DNA from: Candidatus Saccharimonadota bacterium | GTDB lineage: Bacteria > Bacteroidota > Bacteroidia > Flavobacteriales > Blattabacteriaceae | Assembly: GCF_964030875.1 (NCBI RefSeq) | Contig: NZ_OZ034981.1 | Span: 256,649-288,648 of the forward strand | DNA: 32,000 nt | Reading direction: 5' to 3' | Part shown: one piece after another, positions 9,113 to 19,309 of the stretch | How positions within the stretch are numbered: the stretch's first letter is position 1 | Layout of the letters: each line of letters starts with the position of its first letter | Program-made: the position numbers and the translations under genes | The notes under the pieces: generated by a model | Databases searched by the model: none | Seen by the model: only the letters and a program-made list of their open reading frames with translations | What the model was told of the DNA's origin: nothing

Positions 9113-10114
9113 ATGAAGAAAATTACTCAAAATGATTATTTGCAATGGTTTACTGATATGTTTTTTTGGAGAAGTTTTGAAGACAAATGTCGTTCTCTAT
9201 ATTTAAAACAAAAAATAAGAGGTTTTTTGCACTTATATAATGGACAGGAAGCCATTCCTGCTGGATTAATGTATGCTATGGATCTTAGTAAAGATAGGAT
9301 GATTACTGCTTATAGATGTCATGTATTGTCTATGTCTATGGGGGTGGATCCTAAAAGTATTATGGCTGAACTTTGTGGAAAAGTAACTGGAACCTCCAAG
9401 GGTATGGGAGGTTCTATGCATATTTTTAGCAAAAAACATCGGTTTTATGGAGGACATGGTATTGTTGGAGGACAGATTCCACTAGGAGCGGGAATAGCCT
9501 TTGCGGATAAATATTTCAACAGAGACTCAGTCACCGTTACTCTAATGGGCGACGGGGCCGTTCGTCAAGGTGCGCTCCATGAAACATTTAATTTATCTAT
9601 GATTTGGAAACTACCGGTAGTGTTTATCTGCGAAAATAATGACTATGCTATGGGGACTTCCGTAAAAAGGACCACGAATGTACAAAATATTTACCAGATT
9701 GGCATAGCATATGATATGCCCTCAGAACAGATAGATGGAATGGATCCAGCGATAGTAGCTGAAAAAACGTACAAAGCTATTGAAAAAGCACGTTCCGGAG
9801 AGGGACCAACGTTTTTGGAAATTAAAACCTATAGATTTAGAGGACATTCCATGTCAGATGGAGAATCTTATAGAAACAAAAACGAAATTGAGGAGTCTAA
9901 AAAAAGAGACCCGATTTTAAAAGTCAGATCCGTTTTATTGAAAAAAAAGTGGGCTGATGAAAATAAGCTTAAAGCTATAGAAGCACAAGTTAAGAAAGAT
10001 GTAGAAGAATGCGCCCGATTTGCTGAACGTTCTGATTTTCCTCCTATTGAGCAAATGTATGAAGTAGTGTATAATCAAAAAGATTATCCTTTTTGGTTAA
10101 AAGATCCAGACTGA
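9113..10114 (+). CDS. pdhA: pyruvate dehydrogenase E1 component, alpha subunit
   Basis: 333-aa ORF with the TPP-binding region LMGDGAVRQGALHE...CENNDYAMGTS and the YRFRGHSMSD loop. Confidence 0.92.
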   Translation: MKKITQNDYLQWFTDMFFWRSFEDKCRSLYLKQKIRGFLHLYNGQEAIPAGLMYAMDLSKDRMITAYRCHVLSMSMGVDPKSIMAELCGKVTGTSKGMGGSMHIFSKKHRFYGGHGIVGGQIPLGAGIAFADKYFNRDSVTVTLMGDGAVRQGALHETFNLSMIWKLPVVFICENNDYAMGTSVKRTTNVQNIYQIGIAYDMPSEQIDGMDPAIVAEKTYKAIEKARSGEGPTFLEIKTYRFRGHSMSDGESYRNKNEIEESKKRDPILKVRSVLLKKKWADENKLKAIEAQVKKDVEECARFAERSDFPPIEQMYEVVYNQKDYPFWLKDPD

Positions 10115-10130
10115 AAAATAAAAAAATAAT

Positions 10131-11234
10131 ATGGTAGAATTAATCACTATGCCTCGTTTAAGTGATACTATGGAGGAAGGCACTGTAGTAAAATGGTATA
10201 AAAAACTGGGAGATAAAGTATCCGAAGGAGATTTACTTGCTGAAATAGAAACGGATAAAGCTGTTCAAGAATTCGAATCTGAATATAACGGATATCTTCT
10301 ATACATTGGTATTCCAGAAGGTCAAAGTGCTACCGTAGACAGTGTATTGGCTGTTATAGGCCCTACTGATGTAAAACCCGTATACCACAAGGAAAAAACT
10401 AATAAGAAAAGGATTTTCTCTTCTCCATTAGCTAGAAAAATTGCACGAGAAAAATCTATTTCACTTTCAAAAATAAAAGGAAGTGGTGAAAACGGTCGTA
10501 TAATAAAAAGAGATTTAGATAGTTATCTTGAAAAGCCCCAAAAAGTAACTACTCCTGTCCGAGAAGTTATGCTTTCCCCTATGCGAAAAGTCATTGCAAA
10601 TAGATTGGTTGAATCGAAGTTTACAGCCCCGCACTATTATTTAATGATAGAAGTAGATATGAAAAATACTGTACAATATCGTAAAGTTATTAACGAAAAT
10701 TTAAAATATATTAAAATCTCTTTTAATGATTTTATAATCAAGGCATCTGCCATGGCTCTCAGAGAACACCCCAAAATTAATTCTACGTGGAAAGAGGATC
10801 AAATTATTTATCACGATAATATTAACATAGGAATAGCTGTTGCCTCAGAAGAAAGTCTGTTCGTTCCGGTAATTTTACAAGCTGATAAAAAAATGTTACG
10901 TCAAATTTCAGTAGAAGCAAAAGACAAATATAGCCGTGCCAGAGAAAGAAAAATACAATCAAAAGAAATGGAAGGAAGTACTTTTACCATTTCTAATTTA
11001 GGAATGTTCGGTATAGAAATATTCACTTCTATTATTAATCAACCTAATTCCTGTATTCTTTCTGTAGGAACTATTTTGGAAAAACCCGTTATAAAAAACG
11101 GTAAAATTGTTACTGGAAATATTATGAAACTTAGCTTAGCATGCGATCATCGGACAATAGATGGTGCTACAGGCAGTGCGTATTTGCGCACGCTTAAACA
11201 GTTTCTAGAAAATCCGATTATGATGATTGTTTAA
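10131..11234 (+). CDS. pdhC: dihydrolipoamide acetyltransferase (PDH E2)
   Basis: Single lipoyl domain with ETDKA, a subunit-binding domain (SPLARKIAREKSISLSKIKGSGENGRI) and a catalytic domain with DHRTIDGA. Confidence 0.9.
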   Translation: MVELITMPRLSDTMEEGTVVKWYKKLGDKVSEGDLLAEIETDKAVQEFESEYNGYLLYIGIPEGQSATVDSVLAVIGPTDVKPVYHKEKTNKKRIFSSPLARKIAREKSISLSKIKGSGENGRIIKRDLDSYLEKPQKVTTPVREVMLSPMRKVIANRLVESKFTAPHYYLMIEVDMKNTVQYRKVINENLKYIKISFNDFIIKASAMALREHPKINSTWKEDQIIYHDNINIGIAVASEESLFVPVILQADKKMLRQISVEAKDKYSRARERKIQSKEMEGSTFTISNLGMFGIEIFTSIINQPNSCILSVGTILEKPVIKNGKIVTGNIMKLSLACDHRTIDGATGSAYLRTLKQFLENPIMMIV

Positions 11235-11506
11235 AATATTTACTGTTCAATGATTAAAAAAAATAGTTAATGCAACTTTTATTTATAAATTTTTTATACT
11301 TCTTGTACTTCTTGTAGCCTTTTTAATTTTTGGCCATACAGAGCACGCTAAAAAAATATCCGTTATTTTCATAATGTTACTCAAGAAATGCAACGGGCAA
11401 TATGGGAAGTTCCTGAGAAAAGCCCATATAATACAGTAAGTAAGGAAACAAAATAGAACGAAATCTATGAAAATTTATCCTGACCTGTTCAACGACATTG
11501 AGACAT

Positions 11507-13288
11507 TTATGTGGTTCTAAAATCGTTTTTATTTTTAAACTGTGACAACTCCCCTAGTAATGTCAACTTATCAACGTGTTGCTTCTTTGTTATTTTTTTA
11601 ATATGTTTTTTCTCCTCTTCTTTAGAAAGAGAGATTGGAGAAATCACAATTTTTCTTAATTTGTTATGAAACTCTATGATTTTGCAATAAATTTTTTTAT
11701 ATTTTTTTACGGTTTCTTGTTCAAGAACACGCAAAGGCATGAATGCTTTAACGTTTTTATCTTCCAATTGAACAGTAGCGCCCTTCTCTAAAAGATCTAT
11801 AACTTTTCCGGGATGAATGCTTCCAACAATATATTTTTTTTCGTAATATTCCCAAGGATTTTTATTTATCTGTTTATGACCCATAATAATCCGTTTTTTG
11901 TTCTTATTCAACTCTAAAACTACAGTTTCTATAGAGTCTCCTATCTTGAATAGTTCTGAAGCATGTTTTATTTTTTTATACCATGATAAATCCGATTTAT
12001 AAACCATCCCTTCTATATCTTTTTCAAGGTATACAGATACGCCGGAGTTCGTGAAACTCCGTATAATACGAGTGTGTTTTGATCCTACAGAATATTTTTT
12101 TTGGATATAAATCCATGGATCAGGTGTCAGCTGTTTCATTCCTAATGACATTTTTCTCTCGTTCCGATCTAACGTCAGTATAACGCATTCTACTGTATCA
12201 TCTATTTTTACCAAATCCTTTGCTCTTCTCAACCGTAACCGGTTATCCCATGACATTTCAGAAACGTGTAACAAAGCTTCTATTCCAGTAAAATTTTCTA
12301 TTTCTACAAATGCACCATATTCAGTGATAGCTTTTATCTGACCTTTTACTCTATCACCCACTTTGATATTTTCATTGAGACTATTCCATGGATGAGAAAC
12401 AATTTGTTTCATTCCTAACTGAATGCGATTTTTTTCCTCATTGAAATTGAGGATAACCACTTTTATTTCTTGATTTACTTTCAGAACTTCTGAAGGATGA
12501 TTTATTCTTTTCCAAGAAATATCGGTATGATGTATCAAACCGTTTATCCCCCCCAGATCACAAAAAGCTCCATAGTTAGTAATATTTTTTACAGTAGCCA
12601 GAACTACTTTACCGGGCTTAAGGTCAGCCAGAAATTCTTTTTTTTGTTTTTCAATATCTTCTTCTATGAGTGCTTTATGAGATACTACCACATTTTTTAA
12701 CTTCTCATTTATTTTAATAATTTTCAATTCCATTGTTTTATTATAGGAATCAGTAAAAAAAGCATCAAAATCAGAAAGTGGGTTATGAGAAATTTGAGAA
12801 CCAGGCATAAAGGCTTCAATATGGGTCAGTATCTTTACAATCAGACCACCTTTAGTCCTTCCAATAATTTTTCCCGGAATAATCTCCTTTTTATTATAAG
12901 CTTCCTTAGCACGTTTCCAAGCAAGTAATATATTTGCTTTACGATGAGAAAGAATTAGTTGTCCTTTATATTCTCGTTTTTCCACCATAACATAAATTCG
13001 ATCACCTACCTTAATATTAAGGTGGTCACGAAATTCGCTTAATGGAATAAGACCTTCATATTTAAAATTTATATCTACTACAATCTCCTTGTCCAGTATT
13101 TTTGTAATCCTTCCTAGTAGGAGTTCATGTTCGTTTATATTGGTCAAATGCTCGTTATATAGGGCACTTATTTCTTCTTTTTTTACATTATTACCACAGT
13201 AGTCACTCCAGTCAAATTCTTCTAGAGGAACATTGGCATTGGAATCTGCGATAATATTTTTTATTTCTGTTTCGGCCTGTACGTACAT
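11507..13288 (-). CDS. rpsA: 30S ribosomal protein S1
   Basis: 593-aa ORF made of repeated S1/OB-fold modules (...GKVxxxxxxGAFVxx... pattern recurs). Size is typical of Bacteroidota S1. Confidence 0.93.
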   Translation of the reverse strand: MYVQAETEIKNIIADSNANVPLEEFDWSDYCGNNVKKEEISALYNEHLTNINEHELLLGRITKILDKEIVVDINFKYEGLIPLSEFRDHLNIKVGDRIYVMVEKREYKGQLILSHRKANILLAWKRAKEAYNKKEIIPGKIIGRTKGGLIVKILTHIEAFMPGSQISHNPLSDFDAFFTDSYNKTMELKIIKINEKLKNVVVSHKALIEEDIEKQKKEFLADLKPGKVVLATVKNITNYGAFCDLGGINGLIHHTDISWKRINHPSEVLKVNQEIKVVILNFNEEKNRIQLGMKQIVSHPWNSLNENIKVGDRVKGQIKAITEYGAFVEIENFTGIEALLHVSEMSWDNRLRLRRAKDLVKIDDTVECVILTLDRNERKMSLGMKQLTPDPWIYIQKKYSVGSKHTRIIRSFTNSGVSVYLEKDIEGMVYKSDLSWYKKIKHASELFKIGDSIETVVLELNKNKKRIIMGHKQINKNPWEYYEKKYIVGSIHPGKVIDLLEKGATVQLEDKNVKAFMPLRVLEQETVKKYKKIYCKIIEFHNKLRKIVISPISLSKEEEKKHIKKITKKQHVDKLTLLGELSQFKNKNDFRTT

Positions 13289-13342
13289 AATTTTTAAAGG
13301 ATTTATCTCCTGATCCTATTGTAGATCAAGATTAAAAGTTAT

Positions 13343-15796
13343 TTATTGAATTTCTTTATTTTGCCCTACTTTGGCTACTGCTGCAATTTCATCACCCTCT
13401 CTGAGATTAATTAATCGAACTCCCTGTGTTGAACGGCCTATTAGACGTATATCCGACACTGATATTCTTATAGTTATACCATATTTTGTGATGATCATCA
13501 AGTCGCTGGTATTATAAACGCTTGTAATAGAAATAAGTTTACCAGTTTTTTTAGTAATATTGATGGTTTTTACACCTTTTCCTCCACGGTTAGTTAGACG
13601 ATAATTCTCCAAAAAAGAACGTTTACCATAACCTTTCTCTGAAACCACTAGTATATCTTCTTTATTATCTGGTTTTACACAGACCATACCTATGACTTTG
13701 TCATCTTCCTCGCTCATACTAATACCCTTTACTCCACAAGCAATACGTCCCATCGTCCGGACTTTTTTTTCCGAAAACCGAATCGCTTTTCCACTTTTTA
13801 CTGCAATAAGTACTTCGCTGTTACCACTGGTAAGTTTCGCTTCCAAAAGAGTATCCTTTTCTCGGATGGTAATGGCATTGATTCCGTTTCGTCTAGGCCT
13901 TGAATATTTTTTTAGGGGGGTTTTTTTAATAATTCCCGATTCAGTAACCATTATAACATATCGGTTTTTTATATACTTTTCATCATCAAGATCTCCACTA
14001 AGAATATAAGCACATATTCTATCATCCTGAGAAAGACGAATCAAGTTTTGTATAGCACGTCCCTTAGACGTTTTTGAACCTTCTGGAATTTCATAGACTC
14101 GTAGCCAGAAACACTTTCCTTTTTTAGTGAAAAAAAGTGTATACTGATGAGTGGTTGCTACGAACAAGTGTTCTAAAAAATCTTCTTCACGAGTTTTGGC
14201 TCCAATATTTCCGATTCCTCCACGTAATTGACGTTTATATTCTGAAAGTGGCGTTCGTTTTATATAGCCATTATGCGATATAGTCAATACTACATATTCA
14301 TTCAGTATAAGATCTTTCATTGTTACCTCTTTTCCAGAGGATTCAACCATAGTTCTTCGATCATCTTTATATTTCTCCTTGATTTCTAGTAACTTATCTT
14401 TTATTATTTGCATCCGAATTGGTTCTTTATCAAGAATTTCTTTAAACCTTTCTACCTTTTTAGAGAGGTCATTGTATTCTTTTTCTAGTTTCTCACGTTC
14501 TAGAAACGTAAATCGTTGCAATCTCATATCAAGAATAGCTTTTACTTGAGTTTTCGTCAGTTTAAATTGCATTCTTAGTTTATCAGAAGCTTCATCAGGA
14601 GTTTTTGAACCTTTAATCAAGTCGACAGCTACATATAAATGACTTAAAGTCAAAAGCAATCCTTCTAAAATATGATATCTATCCTGTGCTTTTTTAAGGT
14701 CATATTGAGTACAACGAATAGTTACTTCATGACGATGATCTACAAAATAACGAATCATATCTTTTAGATTAATTTGCATCGGTTTTCCCATTACTAAAGC
14801 AACATTATTGATGTTAAATGATATTTGTAATGATGTCTCTTTAAAAAGATTATTCAATACTATCTCAGGTACAGCATTTTGTTTTAATACATATACAATA
14901 CGCAGACCTTCCCGATCGGATTCATCGCGAATGTTAGCTACTCCCTCTAATTTTCCTATTTTTATTAAATTGGAGGTCTTAACAATAAGGTCCACTTTAT
15001 TTACTTGATAAGGTATCTCTTCTACAATAATACATTCTCTATGCTTAATTTTTTCTAATCGTGTCTTAGCACGTAAAATAATGCACCCACGTCCAGTCTT
15101 AAAAGCTTCTTTTACACCTTGATATCCATAAATAACGCCACCAGTGGGAAAATCAGGTGCTTTTATGTATTGCATTAATTCATCTATACTTATCGCTGTA
15201 TTGTCTATATAAGCACAAATCGCCTCAATGCATTCTTTTATATTATGTGGAGCTATATTAGTAGCCATTCCTACAGCGATCCCAGAAGACCCGTTTACTA
15301 ACAAATTAGGAACACTTGCAGGTAAAACACTAGGTTCTTCTAATGAGTCATCAAAATTAAGTTGATAATCTACTGTTCCTTTCTCAATATCAGTAAGCAT
15401 TTCTTCGGAAATATGTTGTAATCTAGCTTCAGTATAACGCATAGCTGCTGGAGCATCTCCATCTATTGAACCAAAATTGCCTTGTCCGTCTATTAAACAA
15501 TAACGTAAAGACCATTTCTGAGCCATGCGTACCATAGCATCGTATACAGAATTATCTCCGTGAGGATGATATTTAGCTAATACTTCACCAACTACACGCG
15601 CAGATTTTTTATAAGGTCTATTAGACAACATGCCTAATTCATGCATTCCAAAAAGGACACGTCTATGAACAGGTTTTAACCCATCTCTAACATCTGGAAG
15701 AGCTCTTGAAACAATAACCGACATCGAATAATCGATATAGGAAGTTTTCATTTCATCTTCAATATAAATTGGGATAAGTTTTTCTTTTTTAATCAT
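13343..15796 (-). CDS. gyrA: DNA gyrase subunit A
   Basis: 817-aa ORF with HPHGDNSVYDAMVRMAQ, the active-site AAMRYTEARL, and a C-terminal beta-pinwheel repeat region. Confidence 0.96.
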   Translation of the reverse strand: MIKKEKLIPIYIEDEMKTSYIDYSMSVIVSRALPDVRDGLKPVHRRVLFGMHELGMLSNRPYKKSARVVGEVLAKYHPHGDNSVYDAMVRMAQKWSLRYCLIDGQGNFGSIDGDAPAAMRYTEARLQHISEEMLTDIEKGTVDYQLNFDDSLEEPSVLPASVPNLLVNGSSGIAVGMATNIAPHNIKECIEAICAYIDNTAISIDELMQYIKAPDFPTGGVIYGYQGVKEAFKTGRGCIILRAKTRLEKIKHRECIIVEEIPYQVNKVDLIVKTSNLIKIGKLEGVANIRDESDREGLRIVYVLKQNAVPEIVLNNLFKETSLQISFNINNVALVMGKPMQINLKDMIRYFVDHRHEVTIRCTQYDLKKAQDRYHILEGLLLTLSHLYVAVDLIKGSKTPDEASDKLRMQFKLTKTQVKAILDMRLQRFTFLEREKLEKEYNDLSKKVERFKEILDKEPIRMQIIKDKLLEIKEKYKDDRRTMVESSGKEVTMKDLILNEYVVLTISHNGYIKRTPLSEYKRQLRGGIGNIGAKTREEDFLEHLFVATTHQYTLFFTKKGKCFWLRVYEIPEGSKTSKGRAIQNLIRLSQDDRICAYILSGDLDDEKYIKNRYVIMVTESGIIKKTPLKKYSRPRRNGINAITIREKDTLLEAKLTSGNSEVLIAVKSGKAIRFSEKKVRTMGRIACGVKGISMSEEDDKVIGMVCVKPDNKEDILVVSEKGYGKRSFLENYRLTNRGGKGVKTINITKKTGKLISITSVYNTSDLMIITKYGITIRISVSDIRLIGRSTQGVRLINLREGDEIAAVAKVGQNKEIQ

Positions 15797-15827
15797 CTTA
15801 TAAGTTTTTCTTTTTTAATCATCTTAT
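15776..15827. repeat. 26-bp x2 perfect tandem duplication spanning the gyrA start codon
   Basis: AAGTTTTTCTTTTTTAATCATCTTAT occurs twice head to tail. On the minus strand each copy reads ATAAG-ATGATTAAAAAAGAAAAACTT. Confidence 0.93.
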
Positions 15828-16951
15828 AAATTGTTTCTTTTTAAAGATTGAAAACTTTGTTTTATAATATCATTGGAAACTTTATGGTTATAAGTACATA
15901 TACCAATTTCTCTCAGTAATGAAAAATGAATATCTTCTTGCAATTTTTTTTTATCCTGACGTATATACTTTAGTATTTGGTTTAAAATTTGTTCATTAAT
16001 TTCTCGTAAAGGGTATATACTTAATAAAGTTTTAGAAATTTCTTCGTGTTGTTTCTGTGAAAGTCCATTCATTTTCCAAGAAATCCAAGATTCGCAAACC
16101 ATTCCCAGAGCTATAGCTTCTCCATGGAGAAGAGGAGAATAGGTCGTAAGAAAATAACTTTCTATACCATGTCCTATAGTATGTCCAAAATTTAAAATTT
16201 GACGAAGACCTTTTCGTTCATATGGATCTTCAGTAACAATATTATTTTTAATAAAATTTGATTGATAAATGAATTCATTCCAATCATACCAATGCATCTT
16301 TTTTGATCGGTTCTTTATTTCTTCCCAAAAAAAATTATCTGCAATAAGACCATATTTAAAAAGTTCAGCCATTCCTGATTTTAATTCCCTATTAGGTAAA
16401 GTTTTTAGATAATGTTTATCTATGATAAGTAGATCTGGATAGTTGAATCCACCAATTTCATTTTTCATATTGTCGAGATTTATTCCAGTTTTTCCACCAG
16501 TGGAAGCATCTACCATAGCTAATAAAGTTGTTGGAATATTCAAAAAATATATCCCTCTTTTAAAAATTGAGGCCAAAAAACCGCCCAAGTCGGTAATAAC
16601 CCCGCCTCCTAGATTAATCAGCAAACTCTTTCTGTCGGCATTTTCCTTATTTAGTTGACGACATATATCAAGACAATTTTGGATATTTTTTTCCTTTTCT
16701 CCAAAAGGAATGCAAAAAATGCGTGCTTTTTTTAAATCTGGTAGATATTTCAGTAAATGTTGCAAGCATAATTTAGACGTTTGGGGATCCGTCAGAATAA
16801 ATAAGCTAGAGTAATTTGTCAGTTTATTTTGTAGAGTAATATAACCTTCTCCATTAAAAAATATGGTATAATGAATGGTTTTTAGAACGTTCTCTGTCAC
16901 CGATAAAAATTTTAAAGAGAACATAATATAATGAATACGGTGAAAATCCAC
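15824..16951 (-). CDS. aroB: 3-dehydroquinate synthase
   Basis: 375-aa ORF with the nucleotide-binding GGGVITDLGGF and metal-binding HGEAIALGM / GHTIGHG blocks. The true start may be the internal ATG at 16924. Confidence 0.9.
   Translation of the reverse strand: MDFHRIHYIMFSLKFLSVTENVLKTIHYTIFFNGEGYITLQNKLTNYSSLFILTDPQTSKLCLQHLLKYLPDLKKARIFCIPFGEKEKNIQNCLDICRQLNKENADRKSLLINLGGGVITDLGGFLASIFKRGIYFLNIPTTLLAMVDASTGGKTGINLDNMKNEIGGFNYPDLLIIDKHYLKTLPNRELKSGMAELFKYGLIADNFFWEEIKNRSKKMHWYDWNEFIYQSNFIKNNIVTEDPYERKGLRQILNFGHTIGHGIESYFLTTYSPLLHGEAIALGMVCESWISWKMNGLSQKQHEEISKTLLSIYPLREINEQILNQILKYIRQDKKKLQEDIHFSLLREIGICTYNHKVSNDIIKQSFQSLKRNNL
16696..16751. repeat. 56-bp dispersed repeat, copy inside intact aroB
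   Basis: TTTCTCCAAAAGGAATGCAAAAAATGCGTGCTTTTTTTAAATCTGGTAGATATTTC is identical to 17240-17295. Here it encodes KYLPDLKKARIFCIPFGE on the minus strand. Confidence 0.95.
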
Positions 16952-17054
16952 TATACGTCTCTATCGTGCCCATCTTCTTATATCGGGTTTTTAAATTTGA
17001 TACAATAAATGGTATACTGTTCAATTTTAACTATACACTCCTTAGCATAAGAAA

Positions 17055-18134
17055 TATGAATATACCGTAATGTAATTTAAAAACAGTTTCATTATAAGTG
17101 CAGTATTTGGAGTATTACAAATCGCAAGCAAACTGATAAGAACAATTTAAAATTTGAACAACTACCACACTTTTCAGTCACTTTTGTCTAAAGTAGCTAC
17201 TAATTCTATTACGCATCCTATACGCACAATTATTAAAAATTTCTCCAAAAGGAATGCAAAAAATGCGTGCTTTTTTTAAATCTGGTAGATATTTCCTCTG
17301 ATTACCTTATCAGAGCTACTGGATCTCCCACCAATTTTTTTGGTAATAAGAATATTGAACGTTATGCTTTACCAATAAAGTCTGTTATGGAAGCAATAAA
17401 ATTGCGAAGCTTAATTTTGCAAAGTTTTTAAACTGCCTTATTTACTAAAGATGTAAAAGAACGTGATCGATTAATGACTTTTGTCATTGCTGGAGGAGTA
17501 GAAATTTCTGGTGCTTTAAGTGAATTGAAAAACTTTATATTACCAAAGGATTATCCTGATCTAAGCCGTATGAGCATACATATAATTCAGGCTACATTTC
17601 GATTAGTTTCTGGTATGTCCCAAGCATCATCATATGCCACTATGAATTATATAAAAAAATCCGTAGTAAACATATGGCTTAACTGTCTTGTCAAAGATTA
17701 TGATGGAAATCCCGTTTATATAGATAATGGTAAAAAGATAGAATCTGGTCCCTAATAGATGGAATTGAAAATGTCTCTATAGAGGAAGGGCGTTTTCTAG
17801 TAGATGCTATGGTAAAAAATGATTCAGGGGTTTAGGAGATGTAGCTGCTCTGAAAATAGATAAACGTAATGCCTTACCAATGGTAGCTAAACCAGCTATT
17901 CAGCAAGGTATACATAACCTTTAGCAGAAGGTAAAGAAATGATACCTTATAGCTATTATTGTTCTAAATAAAGCGGTTTGTGATTTCCCCTGGTTACAGT
18001 TTAAAGGTTTTGGATATGTTAGAATAATCGTACTTCCAAATTGGATTATTCAATACTATCAGTCTAACAAAAGTATACGTTTAATCATACAATCTTATAA
18101 AAGAATTCTCCCAGAAAAGAAAGAAGTACAGTAA
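17055..18134 (+). pseudogene. ndh: type II NADH dehydrogenase (NDH-2), frameshifted, with stops and an internal deletion
   Basis: Ordered NDH-2 blocks appear in different frames: NNYHTFQSLLSKVAT..HPIRTIIKN, DYLIRATGSPTNFFGNKNIE..LPIKSVMEAIKLRSLILQSF(stop), LMTFVIAGGVEISGAL.ELKNFILPKDYP (track ORF 17474..17755), PMVAKPAIQQG, and C-terminal FKGF...NW...RLII. Confidence 0.82.
17240..17295. repeat. 56-bp dispersed repeat, ectopic copy inside the ndh pseudogene
   Basis: Exact copy of aroB-internal 16696-16751 in the same orientation. It replaces the NDH-2 segment between the PIRxIIK and DYLVIATG blocks. Confidence 0.95.
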
Positions 18135-18190
18135 CCTACTCCTATGTTATATAAGAACAAAGCATGCACTTTTAATAAAAAAAATGATAT

Positions 18191-19309
18191 ATGGTGGGAA
18201 ATACTTTTGGAAAACTTTTTAGGGTAACTACTTTTGGGGAGAGTCATGGACCTGCGATAGGAGGTGTAATAGATGGTTGCCCTTCAGATTTTAAACTTAA
18301 TTTACAACAAATTCAGAAAGAGTTGAATCGTCGTCTTCCTGGACAATCTAAGATCGTAACTCAACGACGTGAAACCGATAAAGTACACTTTTTTTCAGGT
18401 CTTTATGATAATAAAACTACTGGGACTCCGATCGGATTTGTCATTTACAATCATGATCAACAATCTAAAGATTATCTTCATCTTAAAGAAGTTTATCGTC
18501 CTTCACATGCAGATTTTACTTATATGAAAAAATATGGGGTGAGAGATTACCGGGGGGGAGGACGATCATCTGCACGTGAAACAGCCACTCGTGTCGTAGC
18601 TGGATCCGTTGCTAAACAATTGCTTAATCAGATCAGTATACATGCATTTGTTTCATCTGTAGGACCTATTACTTTAAATAAATCTTATAACGAATTGGAT
18701 TTTTCTAAGATTGAGGATACTCCAGTTCGTTGTCCTGATGAAAAAATTGCTTTAGACATGATTTCTTTTATTAATAAAATCCGTGAAGAAGGAGATACAA
18801 TAGGTGGAATTGTTAGTTGTGTAATACAAAATGTTCCTATAGGATTAGGAGAACCTGTTTTTGATAAACTCCATGCAGATCTAGGAAAAGCTATGCTCTC
18901 TATAAATGCTGTAAAAGGATTTGAATATGGTAGTGGATTTATTGGGACACAAATGCGTGGTTCAACTCATAATGATTTGTTCAATCCAGATGCAACAAGT
19001 ACTAAAACTAATTTTTCAGGAGGGATCCAAGGTGGGATATCAAATGGTATGGATATTTATTTCCGTGTAGGTTTTAAACCTGTATCTACCATTATGAGAA
19101 CGCAAACAAGTGTTGATTATTCTCATGGACAAAAAGTATTAGTGGAAGGTAAAGGAAGACATGATCCTTGTGTAGTTCCTAGAGCCGTTCCTATTGTAGA
19201 AGCTATGGCAGCACTTGTATTGGTAGATTACTGGCTTTTAAATAAAATTTCTAGATATGAAAGGAACACTTATCACGCTCATAGGTCCGACCGCGATTGG
19301 AAAAACTAA
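18191..19309 (+). CDS. aroC: chorismate synthase
   Basis: 372-aa ORF with N-terminal [15 protein letters not shown], the [10 protein letters not shown] block and [10 protein letters not shown]. The 3' end overlaps miaA by 53 nt. Confidence 0.93.
   Translation: MVGNTFGKLFRVTTFGESHGPAIGGVIDGCPSDFKLNLQQIQKELNRRLPGQSKIVTQRRETDKVHFFSGLYDNKTTGTPIGFVIYNHDQQSKDYLHLKEVYRPSHADFTYMKKYGVRDYRGGGRSSARETATRVVAGSVAKQLLNQISIHAFVSSVGPITLNKSYNELDFSKIEDTPVRCPDEKIALDMISFINKIREEGDTIGGIVSCVIQNVPIGLGEPVFDKLHADLGKAMLSINAVKGFEYGSGFIGTQMRGSTHNDLFNPDATSTKTNFSGGIQGGISNGMDIYFRVGFKPVSTIMRTQTSVDYSHGQKVLVEGKGRHDPCVVPRAVPIVEAMAALVLVDYWLLNKISRYERNTYHAHRSDRDWKN

Noticed and set aside
11270-11460. Possible relic of a small membrane protein gene (TatA-like? 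..FILLVLLVAFLIFG..AKKI.. then ..QEMQRAIWEV.. in another frame) in the E2 / rpsA convergent spacer. It contains a 9-bp duplication (TACTTCTTG x2 at 11297-11314).
   Set aside because: The spacing does not fit TatA well and no in-frame start codon exists. The similarity is too weak to call a feature without a database search.
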